The notes beneath the pieces were generated by a model. It was not told the DNA's origin. It ran no database searches and saw nothing but the letters and a program-made list of their open reading frames with translations. From a virus (Duplodnaviria > Heunggongvirae > Uroviricota > Caudoviricetes), in the IMG/VR virus record IMGVR_UViG_2734482790_000002: a stretch of 45,103 nt of DNA, one strand, 5' to 3'. Below are positions 17,136 to 25,735 of this stretch, piece by piece. How positions within the stretch are numbered: the stretch's first letter is position 1; each line of letters opens with the position of its first letter. The translations under genes were made by a program, and so were the position numbers.

Positions 17136-18182
17136 ATGGTTGATACTGTAAAAATATCCAGTTGTGAGTTAATCAACACCGATTGCCTGGAATTTATCCA
17201 GACCTTATCGGAAAACTCTGTCGATCTTATAGTCACAGACCCGCCATATTTTAAAGTGAAGCCCGAGGGCTGGGATAACCAGTGGAAGGGCGACGATGAT
17301 TACCTGAAATGGCTGGACCAGTGTCTGGCTCAGTTCTGGCGGGTACTGAAGCCTGCCGGAAGTCTTTACCTGTTTTGTGGTCATCGCCTGGCATCTGATA
17401 TCGAAATCATGATGCGTGAGCGCTTTAATGTGCTGAACCACATTATCTGGGCGAAGCCGTCCGGACGCTGGAACGGGTGCAACAAAGAAAGCCTGCGGGC
17501 GTATTTCCCGGCAACAGAGCGCATTCTGTTTGCCGAACATTATCAGGGGCCATACCAGCCAAAAAATGATGGCTATGCGGCAAAGGAGCGCGAGCTTAAA
17601 CAACACGTCATGGCCCCGCTGATTTCTTACTTCCGTGATGCGCGTGAATCACTGGGGATAACGTCCAAACAGATAGCGGAAGCCACCGGAAAGAAAAACA
17701 TGGTGTCGCACTGGTTTGGTACCTGTCAGTGGCAGTTACCGAACGAAGCTGATTACAGAAAACTGCAGGCGCTGTTCGCGTGTGTTGCAGAAGAAAAGCA
17801 CCAGCGTGGGGAGCTGGCAACGCCACACCAGCAACTGGTCAGCACATACAGTGAACTGAACCGGCAATATGCCAGTCTGCTTGAGGAATACAAATCTCTG
17901 CGGCGTTATTTTTCTGTATCGGCCGCCGTTCCTTATACGGACGTCTGGACGCATAAGCCCGTGCAGTATTATCCGGGTAAGCATCCCTGCGAAAAACCGG
18001 CGGATATGTTGCGTCAGATAATTTCTGCCAGCAGTCGTCCAGGCGATTTGGTCGCAGATTTTTTTATGGGGTCGGGGTCGACAATAAAAGCGGCACTGTC
18101 GCTGGGACGCAGGGCGATTGGCGTGGAACTGGAAGAGGAACGTTTTAATCAGACGGTCAGAGAAATAACGAAAGATTTTTAA
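17136..18182 (+). CDS. DNA methyltransferase (N6-adenine or N4-cytosine class), orphan
   Basis: 348 aa; motif IV DPPY near the N-terminus (SVDLIVTDPPY) and motif I (DFFMGSGST) near the C-terminus; no adjacent restriction endonuclease gene. Confidence 0.85.
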   Translation: MVDTVKISSCELINTDCLEFIQTLSENSVDLIVTDPPYFKVKPEGWDNQWKGDDDYLKWLDQCLAQFWRVLKPAGSLYLFCGHRLASDIEIMMRERFNVLNHIIWAKPSGRWNGCNKESLRAYFPATERILFAEHYQGPYQPKNDGYAAKERELKQHVMAPLISYFRDARESLGITSKQIAEATGKKNMVSHWFGTCQWQLPNEADYRKLQALFACVAEEKHQRGELATPHQQLVSTYSELNRQYASLLEEYKSLRRYFSVSAAVPYTDVWTHKPVQYYPGKHPCEKPADMLRQIISASSRPGDLVADFFMGSGSTIKAALSLGRRAIGVELEEERFNQTVREITKDF

Positions 18183-18399
18183 TTCAGTGATGATATAAGT
18201 TGTATATTTCTGATACAGATGTATACACATATTTAAAACTGAACACCAAATATATTTTTGATGTCTGAAAAACTGTCGTTAGTATTCTGACTGGTCCGGA
18301 AGACGGTTATTTTTGTGTTCACAGGGGCGTTACTATCGTCTGAAGGACCAGTGCTGGCTTTCCTGGTAATTCGTGTGATTCCGGAAGCCAGTACAGTAT

Positions 18400-18476
18400 G
18401 CGGGTATCGTATAATGGCCATTACCTCAGCTTTCCAGGCTGATGATGTGGGTTCGATTCCCGCCACCCGCTCTCCA
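18400..18476 (+). tRNA. tRNA-Gly(UCC)-like gene, possibly degenerate at the 3' end
   Basis: cloverleaf: acceptor gcgggta, D-arm gtat-aatggcca-ttac, anticodon arm tcagc-ttTCCag-gctga, T-arm gtggg-ttcgatt-cccgc; near-identical to E. coli glyT as I recall it; A7:C66 mismatch and 3' tail tCTCCA rather than CCA. Confidence 0.6.
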
Positions 18477-18908
18477 GTAAAACTGATGAGTCATAGCTTT
18501 ATTATCAGCACTGGCGAATTTTCGTGAAGAACAGACCTGGCAGGTGGATTTGTTGTTTTTCATTCTGTAGACCTGACCGCCTACAGTTTCAGTGCTTTTT
18601 TTTGTAGTCATCCCTGCATGTTGCAGGGATGAGGTGATACCAGAATGCGTCGTTGTCTGTTTCCGGGCCTACGATTTGCCAGTTTGCACAGCAGGCTGAC
18701 GGCGCATTCTTATAACATCTATACAAGTAAACTCTGTTTCATCATTACATTGCGTTAGCCCGCCTTATGTGTGGGCATTTTTTTTACCTATGCATATGGC
18801 TCGCTGCGGCGGGCCTTTTTCATATCCGCGCCACGCCTGGCGCACATCACATCAGATAGCGCCACACAAAAGGTATCTGCGGGTGCCTTTGACGGGGTGT
18901 TTTTTTAC

Positions 18909-18932
18909 GGGCCGACAGAGGCCCTTTTTTAT
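18909..18932 (+). terminator. Rho-independent terminator just upstream of the lysis cassette
   Basis: gggcc-gacaga-ggccc hairpin followed by a T-run. Confidence 0.6.
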
Positions 18933-18949
18933 TTACAGGAGAAAAACGT

Positions 18950-19339
18950 ATGTCTGAACCCTTGTCCGGTTCCGGCACGGCTGCGGCGCTCGGCGGGGCG
19001 ACGGTATTCGGGCTGTTTACCGGGACGGATTTCGGGATTGTGTTTGGCGCGTTTGCCGGGGCGTTGTTTGTGGCCACGATGCCACAGGTGATTTCTGTCT
19101 GGCGTGTGGCGGCGCATTTTCTGGTGTCGTTCATTGTTGGCGTGCTGGGGGCGGATGTCCTTGCGTCCTGGCTGGTCGAAAAATTGAATCTCCACAGCAC
19201 ATCTCTCGACGCGCTTTGTGCGGTACTGGTATCGGTGGTGTCGGTGAAGATTCTCTCATTCATCCACCAGCAGGATATCGCATCGCTGGTATCCGGGCTG
19301 TTCTCCCGTCTGCGGGGTGGAGGCGGTAATGTTAAGTAA
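18950..19339 (+). CDS. holin-like membrane protein
   Basis: 129 aa; SD aggag; multiple TM segments; first gene of the lysis cassette. Confidence 0.5.
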   Translation: MSEPLSGSGTAAALGGATVFGLFTGTDFGIVFGAFAGALFVATMPQVISVWRVAAHFLVSFIVGVLGADVLASWLVEKLNLHSTSLDALCAVLVSVVSVKILSFIHQQDIASLVSGLFSRLRGGGGNVK

Positions 19340-19607
19340 CCTTCCCGGATTACTGAATGTGGTGTTAAGCTCGGTTATCGTGCTGACGCTCTTTTTTTAT
19401 CGTCGCGGTGAGTCGAGATATAAACCGCTGATGTCGTGGCTGGCCTGGCTGTTGATGCTGCTTTATGCTTTTGCACCGCTTTGTTATCTGTGTGGTCGCT
19501 TCCCACCAGGTAACTGGCTGGTTGTCCTGATTAACTTGGTGTTCTGCGTGCTGGTGATACGAGCACGCGGGAACGTATCAAAAATCCTTGTATTACGAAG
19601 GCGCTGA
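19329..19607 (+). CDS. second holin-like or antiholin-like small membrane protein
   Basis: 92 aa from the Met with ggagg SD; 2-3 TM segments; directly upstream of the endolysin. Confidence 0.5.
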   Translation: MLSNLPGLLNVVLSSVIVLTLFFYRRGESRYKPLMSWLAWLLMLLYAFAPLCYLCGRFPPGNWLVVLINLVFCVLVIRARGNVSKILVLRRR

Positions 19608-19608
19608 T

Positions 19609-20154
19609 ATGAAGTCGAAAGATGAAATTTTTGACGAAATTCTGGGAAAAGAGGGCGGTTACATCAATCATCCGGATGATAAAGGTGGACCGACCAGATG
19701 GGGCATTACTGAAAAAGTTGCCCGCGCACACGGTTATCATGGCGATATGCGTGACCTGACGCGTGAGCAGGCGCTGGAAATACTCGAGGCGGACTACTGG
19801 TACGGACCACGATTCGACCTGGTTGCGAACCTGTCTCCGGATATTGCCTCAGAGTTGTGCGATACGGGCGTGAACATGGGGCCAACTGTGGCGTCCAGAA
19901 TGCTTCAACGCTGGCTGAACGTTTTCAACCTGCGCGGGAAACTCTATCCGGATATGGATGCTGATGGACGCATCGGGCCGCGTACTCTTAATGCATTACG
20001 GGCATATCTGAAAAATCGCAGCAGGGATGGTGAACTGGTACTGGTGAAAGCCCTGAACTGTACGCAGGGCGAGCGTTATCTGGAGCTGGCAGAGAAACGC
20101 GAGGCCAATGAGTCGTTTGTCTATGGCTGGATGAAAGAGCGCGTGGCTGTGTGA
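19609..20154 (+). CDS. endolysin, GH108-type muramidase with peptidoglycan-binding domain
   Basis: 181 aa; EGGYINHPDDKGGPTRWGIT motif typical of GH108; C-terminal region resembles a PG-binding domain. Confidence 0.75.
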   Translation: MKSKDEIFDEILGKEGGYINHPDDKGGPTRWGITEKVARAHGYHGDMRDLTREQALEILEADYWYGPRFDLVANLSPDIASELCDTGVNMGPTVASRMLQRWLNVFNLRGKLYPDMDADGRIGPRTLNALRAYLKNRSRDGELVLVKALNCTQGERYLELAEKREANESFVYGWMKERVAV

Positions 20155-20243
20155 TAGCATTTAAAAATGATCATTATCAATGAGTTAAGTGTATGTTGCG
20201 TTTAATTTCTCCTGGGCGTACGCAACCAAAAGGAGAAATACGT

Positions 20244-20450
20244 ATGAAGTACTATGTTCACACTCTTACAGATAATCAGAACGATCATGAGGTTCATACA
20301 GAAACATGTTTTCGACTTCCTGATGCAAACAATCGTAAAGAGCTTGGAGAGTTTAGCTCATGTGAGCCGGCAGTGAAGGCCGCAAAAAATCTGGGTTACA
20401 CGAGGGTGAATGGATGTTACTGGTGCTGCAGAGATTGCCATACATCCTGA
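20244..20450 (+). CDS. small Cys-rich hypothetical protein (69 aa)
   Basis: aaggag SD; NGCYWCCRDCH cluster; own terminator. Confidence 0.45.
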   Translation: MKYYVHTLTDNQNDHEVHTETCFRLPDANNRKELGEFSSCEPAVKAAKNLGYTRVNGCYWCCRDCHTS

Positions 20451-20474
20451 CATAAGGTGTGAATAATTCTGACA

Positions 20475-20498
20475 AAGGTCGCTTCGGCGGCCTTTTTT
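20475..20498 (+). terminator. Rho-independent terminator
   Basis: aaggtcgc-ttcg-gcggcctt hairpin followed by a T-run. Confidence 0.65.
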
Positions 20499-20529
20499 AT
20501 TACTCAAAAACGAAAGAACGGAGGTACGT

Positions 20530-20811
20530 ATGTACGCACTCAAGAAAATCACGGTAACAGAAGACGGTCGTCATGTTGAGGAAGTGCATGTCCTGGGGGA
20601 TATGTACCGCCTGGAGTTCTATCCGCGTAACACTCATCTTGCAGCGAAGATTGAGTATTGCCGGGACGGGAATATTCCGTGCATTCCTGTAGAAAAAGAG
20701 GATGAAGCCTACATCATCACACTGAACGGTGACACGGCGCGTTGTATCTGTCGTGGCGACAGTGAAGCCCGGAATGAAATAGCAAGATGTCGCGCCCATA
20801 CAGATAAATAA
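20530..20811 (+). CDS. hypothetical protein (93 aa)
   Basis: ggagg SD; own terminator. Confidence 0.5.
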   Translation: MYALKKITVTEDGRHVEEVHVLGDMYRLEFYPRNTHLAAKIEYCRDGNIPCIPVEKEDEAYIITLNGDTARCICRGDSEARNEIARCRAHTDK

Positions 20812-20816
20812 AAAGC

Positions 20817-20850
20817 AAAAACCCCGGCTGCGGGAACAGTTCGGGGTTTT
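20817..20850 (+). terminator. Rho-independent terminator
   Basis: aaaaccccg...cggggtttt hairpin followed by T-rich sequence. Confidence 0.6.
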
Positions 20851-20882
20851 CTGTTTCTGACCTTGAGTAAGCAAGGGAGAAC

Positions 20883-21065
20883 ATGGAGAAGTATAAACGA
20901 ATTCTGTTTAGGTTGACTATGAAAAACGGCCTTGAATTGAAAGCGCCTGTAACTGATGACATCAGCAGAGCGGTGGCTTTTGCCATTAAGTGGGTGGCTG
21001 TCGGTATCGCTGTGTCTCCGATTCTGTATGGGATGGCAAAATTGATCATTGCTGTGAAATCGTAA
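20883..21065 (+). CDS. small membrane protein (60 aa)
   Basis: agggag SD; C-terminal TM segment VAFAIKWVAVGIAVSPILYGMAKLIIAV. Confidence 0.45.
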   Translation: MEKYKRILFRLTMKNGLELKAPVTDDISRAVAFAIKWVAVGIAVSPILYGMAKLIIAVKS

Positions 21066-21082
21066 GTGGGGCAGGGGTAAAT

Positions 21083-21217
21083 ATGTCAGATAGCATTATA
21101 AAACTGGCGCGAATTCTCTGTGTGGCTGTTGGCCTTTCATTTTCAGCAATGTTGGTTGCCATTTTCATTTCCACCGCCTGGCGAGTATTGAGCTTATCCG
21201 GATTGATTGGTGGATAG
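21083..21217 (+). CDS. small membrane peptide (44 aa)
   Basis: internal Met with SD; TM segment LARILCVAVGLSFSAMLVAIFIS. Confidence 0.4.
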   Translation: MSDSIIKLARILCVAVGLSFSAMLVAIFISTAWRVLSLSGLIGG

Positions 21218-21221
21218 TGAG

Positions 21222-21404
21222 ATGAAGCGAAAACACTGGACACACAGAATGCCGCGAACGGCGGCGAAATGGGCACTGGTAGCGATACTGGTGCCTTTTT
21301 TCCTGGTGGGATGCGTCAGCCTGGATAAGGCGCGCCAGCTTTTCGATACGGCTTCTCAGGTCTGCGAAATTGTCGACGGTGTTCGACAGTGTCTGCAGAG
21401 CTGA
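21222..21404 (+). CDS. small lipoprotein (lipobox LVGC), mature part about 30 aa with three Cys
   Basis: signal peptide WALVAILVPFFLVGC; start at the internal Met. Confidence 0.45.
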   Translation: MKRKHWTHRMPRTAAKWALVAILVPFFLVGCVSLDKARQLFDTASQVCEIVDGVRQCLQS

Positions 21405-21577
21405 TCGCCCGTAAGAGCAGAATATTTCGCTGAAAAATGAAGGATGCGCCAGCGTCCAGAAAGCATGAAATTCTGCTGTGTGTGCCAATTTGTCTTATAC
21501 ATTCTGAATCTTGCCGCATCAGGATGAACTTTGAACAACAGCCCGGGCGGCAAGGGGCATTTTTATCCGGAGGGGAT

Positions 21578-21802
21578 ATGAAGAGATTACTGGTAACCGT
21601 AAAGCCCTTTAACGGAACGATTCCATTCAGGGTTTTGCAGCGTGGACGTGTTCTGGTTAAGGATATCTTCAGTGGTAAATGCACGGAATGTTATTCCCGG
21701 ACATATGAAGTGGATGCCACGGATGAAGAAATTTCTGTTGAATGTGATCTTAACGCGAATATGGCGGAGATTGTAACAGCCACGTTGTTACCTGTTTCAT
21801 GA
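21578..21802 (+). CDS. hypothetical protein (74 aa)
   Basis: internal Met with ggagggg SD. Confidence 0.4.
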   Translation: MKRLLVTVKPFNGTIPFRVLQRGRVLVKDIFSGKCTECYSRTYEVDATDEEISVECDLNANMAEIVTATLLPVS

Positions 21803-21842
21803 ATGACATAGAATGTCTCCGGGTACCCAAAAGGAGAAAACT

Positions 21843-22058
21843 ATGTTTGTAGAAAATAACCTGAAGGCCGATCCTGATAATCAGGGATGGGTTCTGGGTT
21901 GGGCTGTAGTACGTGACAAACCCTGGCATCTGGTCGGTATTTATGCAACGGAGGATGGCGCAAAGTCTAAACGCTCTGAATTGAATGGGGAGTATGAAGT
22001 TCGTTATGGTTCCCATCGTTTAGGTAGTGATGATTTTATGTCTGTCGGACTTAGCTAA
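21843..22058 (+). CDS. hypothetical protein (71 aa)
   Basis: aaggag SD; own terminator. Confidence 0.45.
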   Translation: MFVENNLKADPDNQGWVLGWAVVRDKPWHLVGIYATEDGAKSKRSELNGEYEVRYGSHRLGSDDFMSVGLS

Positions 22059-22080
22059 CTGGCTGTGATGCCTGTTTGTA

Positions 22081-22105
22081 GCCCCGCAAATGCGGGGCTT
22101 TTTTA
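22081..22105 (+). terminator. Rho-independent terminator
   Basis: gccccgca-aa-tgcggggc hairpin followed by T6. Confidence 0.7.
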
Positions 22106-22114
22106 TATCTGGAG

Positions 22115-22513
22115 ATGATGATGGAAAAAACAGAAAACAAACCTGTTGCAATTGGTGCTGATGCTGCTCCGTTTAAGTTTGAGTTGTCTCAACTGGTGGA
22201 GATGCGCATCAGTGATGAATGGGGTGAGGTTAAAGCCCGCGCGCAGTATGCGGATGGCGAAAACCAGTACTTGATCCACTACAAGGCTGCAGATGGTCGC
22301 GCCACGACGCAGTGGTTTGGTGAGTCAATGCTGGAAGCAACAGAAGATGATCGCCATCCGGGCTGTCCGGTATTTGCCGGTATGAAATTACCGGAAGGTG
22401 CAGTTGAACTGCAGCCGGGTGAGGTGTTCGTAATGTCAGAAGTCATTGATGGTAAACCGCAGTATTCGCGTATTGAAATGAATAGTAAGAGTGCTCGCCT
22501 GATTCGTGAGTAA
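22115..22513 (+). CDS. hypothetical soluble protein (132 aa)
   Basis: ggag SD; followed by a perfect 14-bp inverted-repeat hairpin. Confidence 0.5.
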   Translation: MMMEKTENKPVAIGADAAPFKFELSQLVEMRISDEWGEVKARAQYADGENQYLIHYKAADGRATTQWFGESMLEATEDDRHPGCPVFAGMKLPEGAVELQPGEVFVMSEVIDGKPQYSRIEMNSKSARLIRE

Positions 22514-22560
22514 CAGGCATTACAGCAGCCCTTCACTCTAAGGGGCTGCTGTAATGTGAG

Positions 22561-22593
22561 AAATAAAAAACCGGTCCAGCTACACAGAACCGG
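22561..22593 (-). terminator. candidate minus-strand intrinsic terminator (weak)
   Basis: on the minus strand, a ccggt...accgg hairpin is followed by ttttttattt. Confidence 0.35.
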
Positions 22594-22686
22594 CCGGCGA
22601 AGACCGCCAATACCACCCATGCATTGATGCAACATACTAATGACAATAGCCGCTATTGATGTAAATGCAATGTTATGCATCGACGA

Positions 22687-22728
22687 AAATAAAAAACCGG
22701 CAGGGGAAATCCATTGAAGACTTGCCGG
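22687..22728 (-). terminator. candidate minus-strand intrinsic terminator, second copy of the same tail motif
   Basis: on the minus strand, a ccggcaag...cctgccgg hairpin is followed by ttttttattt; shares aaataaaaaaccgg with the first copy. Confidence 0.4.
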
Positions 22729-22900
22729 TGGCAAAAGTTGCCAATGCTTTTATAACCGTAGTCACAGAGTTACGAAGTGCAACACCGAATGCTGCTGGTA
22801 TATGGATGAATGGCGTTTCAATGATTTTCATCAATTTATTCATCAGCAATGGTGATAATCACTCTCATTTGTGCGGGTCCTTCCGGTGGGGGGGCCTGCC

Positions 22901-22920
22901 ACGGGGCGGCAGCGGCGCGG
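22901..22920. other. cos site (cosN-like cohesive-end region)
   Basis: ACGGGGCGGCAGCGGCGCGG closely resembles the lambda cosN sequence as I recall it (ACGGGGCGGCGACCTCGCGGG); lies about 170 bp upstream of the Nu1-like terminase gene. Confidence 0.6.
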
Positions 22921-22938
22921 AAAACGGCTAGTTTTTGC

Positions 22939-23083
22939 ATTTTCATGGTGGCGGCAGCATGTGATGTAATTTATTGATAATTAAAAGCTATTTCCATTTT
23001 CACCTGTACAATATTTTTTTCTCCCTGTCATTAGACCAGTTTGCAATTCATTGAAATATATAAATAAACCTGATTTTCACCTG
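22939..23083. repeat. cosB-like repeated elements (candidate terminase small-subunit binding sites)
   Basis: attttcatggtg (about 22939-22950), attttcacctg (about 22996-23006) and attttcacctg (about 23073-23083). Confidence 0.45.
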
Positions 23084-23087
23084 CCAG

Positions 23088-23636
23088 ATGGAGTTGCTTA
23101 TGTCAAATGTGAGCGGGATCGGTGATGCTTATTACTGGAGTGTTTTTAAAATCGCCGAGGCCTTTGGGCTTCACCGGGACACAGTAAAAAAACGGCTCCT
23201 CGCGGCCAACACTCCTGTGGCTGCGACTGTCAGGGGGAACCCCGTTTACGCCCTGCAGCATGTCGGGCCTGCCCTGTTTAGTGTGAAGCATGAGGCAGCA
23301 GACTCTGTTCATGATCCATCCCGTATGGAGCCGAAAGAGAGAAAGGACTGGTACCAGTCTGAAAATGAAAGGATCAAGCTGGAAAAGGAGCAGCGAAAAC
23401 TCATCCCCGTTGATGAAGTAGTCATCGTCTATTCGTCCATGAGAAAGGCTGTCGTCCAGGTTCTGGAGACAATTCCGGATGTTCTTGAACGCGATTGCGC
23501 CCTGACTCCTCAGGCCGTCGGCGTTGTACAGCAGGCCATTGATGACCTGCGATACACTCTTCAGGAAAAATCCTACGAGGCTTGTGCTGCTGAATTAATT
23601 CCTGATGAGGAAGGAGAGAGTCTCCAGGAGGAATAA
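23088..23636 (+). CDS. terminase small subunit (Nu1-like, N-terminal HTH)
   Basis: 182 aa; immediately upstream of and overlapping the large subunit; preceded by the cos-like region. Confidence 0.7.
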   Translation: MELLMSNVSGIGDAYYWSVFKIAEAFGLHRDTVKKRLLAANTPVAATVRGNPVYALQHVGPALFSVKHEAADSVHDPSRMEPKERKDWYQSENERIKLEKEQRKLIPVDEVVIVYSSMRKAVVQVLETIPDVLERDCALTPQAVGVVQQAIDDLRYTLQEKSYEACAAELIPDEEGESLQEE

Positions 23637-25735
23637 TGGGTTTTTCATCAGCCCGAAATTTGGGAAGGGACATATCGGCAGGATTTTCCCCACCACGTCG
23701 CATGCCGATTTCGGAAGCTGTTAAAAAATTCATGCGTGTTCCCAAGGGGGCTGGTAACTCGGTGCCATGGGATCCTGAACTGACACCCTACATCATTGAG
23801 CCCATGAACTGCCTGGCATCGCGTGAATACGATGCGGTGATTTTTGTTGGTCCTGCGCGAACAGGGAAGACCATTGGTCTGATCGATGGATGGATTGTCT
23901 ATACCATCGTTTGCGATCCTTCGGACATGCTCGTTGTGCAGATGACCGAAGATAAGGCCCGCGAGCATTCTAAAAAGCGCCTCGACAGAACGTTCAGAAG
24001 CAGTGCGGCGGTAAAGAAAAGAATGAGTCCACGTCGTAACGACAATAATGTCCATGATAAGACGTTCAGGGATGGCTCGTTCCTTAAAATTGGTTGGCCC
24101 TCGGTCAACATTATGTCGTCGTCGGATTACCGGTTTGTCGCCTTAACCGATTACGACCGTTTTCCGGAGAATATCGACAGCGAGGGTGATGGTTTCTCCC
24201 TGGGCTCAAAACGTACCACCACATTTATGTCCGCCGGGATGACTCTGGTGGAGAGCTCGCCGGGACGTGACATCTGCGACAGCAAATGGCGACGTAAGTC
24301 GCCTCATGAAGCGCCACCGACGACTGGTATTCTTTCCCTTTACAATCGTGGTGACCGCCGCCGCTGGTACTGGCCATGTCCGCACTGCGGTGAATATTTT
24401 CAGCCAGCCATGGATGCCATGACCGGCTACCGTAATGAACCGGATCCCTTTAAAGCCAGTGAGGCGGCGTATCTACTTTGCCCGCACTGCAGCGGCATTA
24501 TCACTGCGGAGAAAAAGCGTGAGCTCAATAGTGCAGGAGTCTGGTTGCGTGAAGGTCAGGTCATTGATCGTAACGGCAACGTTTCCGGTGAACCGCGCCG
24601 CTCCCGTATCGCCAGTTTCTGGATGGAAGGGCCAGCTGCTGCGTATCAGACCTGGGCGCAACTGGTTTACAAATTACTGACTGCAGAACAGGAGTATGAA
24701 GCGACAGGAAGCGAAGAAACACTCAGGGCGGTTATCAACACCGACTGGGGATTGCCTTATCTTCCTCGTGCCAGCATGGAGCAACGAAAAAGTGAACTGC
24801 TTGAGCAGCGGGCAGAGCCAGTTCCTTCCCGCAGTGTGCCGGATGGCGTTAATTTCCTTGTGGCGACAGTGGATGTGCAGGCGGGACATCATCGCCGTTT
24901 TGTGGTTCAGGTAACGGGCTATGGCAGCCGTGGCGAACGCTGGATTATTGATCGTTACAACATCACGCAGTCATTGCGCGGTGACAGCGACGGGGAGAGC
25001 CAGCGAATTGATCCGGCCAGCTATCCGGAAGACTGGGATGTCCTGCTGACGGATGTTTTTCATAAAAGCTGGCCGCTGGCCTCCGACCCTTCTCAACAAA
25101 TGCGACTGATGGCAATGGCGGTGGACTCCGGCGGTGAAGACGGGGTCACTGATAATGCCTATAAATTCTGGCGTCGTTGCCGTCGTGATGGCCTTGGTAA
25201 ACGTATTTACCTGTTTAAGGGCGACAGCATCCGGCGCGCAAAACTGATCACCCGTACATTCCCTGATAACACCGGACGAACGGGCCGACGGGCGCAGGCT
25301 GCGGGTGATGTGCCTCTCTGGCTTCTTCAGACTGACGCTCTGAAAGACCGGGTTAATAACGCGTTATGGCGTGATTCTCCCGGTCCTGGCTATGTGCATT
25401 TTCCCGACTGGCTGGGGAGCTGGTTTTACGACGAACTGACGTATGAAGAGCGGAGCAGTGACGGGAAATGGAGTAAGCCGGGGCGCGGTGCGAACGAAGC
25501 CTTTGACCTGATGGTGTATGCCGAGGCGCTGGTCATTCTGCATGGGTACGAGAAAATTCAGTGGCCTGATGCGCCGGAGTGGGCGTGCCGGGAAACCTGG
25601 CTGGAGTGTGTCAGTGACAACGCGGAGCCACCTGTTCTGCCGGAGCCGGAACGTCCCCCGGCCAGAAAAAAGAAACGAAAAAAAATGGCACCCGATGAGG
25701 ATAACCCCTGGGTGACATCCGGAGGATGGTTATGA
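23636..25735 (+). CDS. terminase large subunit (lambda gpA family)
   Basis: 699 aa; gpA-like architecture including the WPCPHCGEYFQP zinc motif (lambda VACPHCGEEQYL). Confidence 0.85.
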   Translation: MGFSSARNLGRDISAGFSPPRRMPISEAVKKFMRVPKGAGNSVPWDPELTPYIIEPMNCLASREYDAVIFVGPARTGKTIGLIDGWIVYTIVCDPSDMLVVQMTEDKAREHSKKRLDRTFRSSAAVKKRMSPRRNDNNVHDKTFRDGSFLKIGWPSVNIMSSSDYRFVALTDYDRFPENIDSEGDGFSLGSKRTTTFMSAGMTLVESSPGRDICDSKWRRKSPHEAPPTTGILSLYNRGDRRRWYWPCPHCGEYFQPAMDAMTGYRNEPDPFKASEAAYLLCPHCSGIITAEKKRELNSAGVWLREGQVIDRNGNVSGEPRRSRIASFWMEGPAAAYQTWAQLVYKLLTAEQEYEATGSEETLRAVINTDWGLPYLPRASMEQRKSELLEQRAEPVPSRSVPDGVNFLVATVDVQAGHHRRFVVQVTGYGSRGERWIIDRYNITQSLRGDSDGESQRIDPASYPEDWDVLLTDVFHKSWPLASDPSQQMRLMAMAVDSGGEDGVTDNAYKFWRRCRRDGLGKRIYLFKGDSIRRAKLITRTFPDNTGRTGRRAQAAGDVPLWLLQTDALKDRVNNALWRDSPGPGYVHFPDWLGSWFYDELTYEERSSDGKWSKPGRGANEAFDLMVYAEALVILHGYEKIQWPDAPEWACRETWLECVSDNAEPPVLPEPERPPARKKKRKKMAPDEDNPWVTSGGWL

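Noticed and set aside
18290-18399. Possible second tRNA immediately upstream of the tRNA-Gly-like gene
   Set aside because: Contains gattcc-like fragments but I could not fold a cloverleaf with a valid T-loop (position 58 is not A); at most a degenerate remnant.
18600-18625. Perfect 10-bp inverted repeat catccctgca-tgt-tgcagggatg as a terminator
   Set aside because: On the + strand the T-run precedes rather than follows the hairpin, and on the minus strand an A-run follows it, so it does not fit an intrinsic terminator in either orientation; possibly a protein-binding palindrome.
15646-18950. Shiga toxin genes at the Q-to-lysis cargo locus
   Set aside because: No ORFs resembling StxA or StxB; the locus instead carries a membrane-protein moron, a methyltransferase and a tRNA-like gene.
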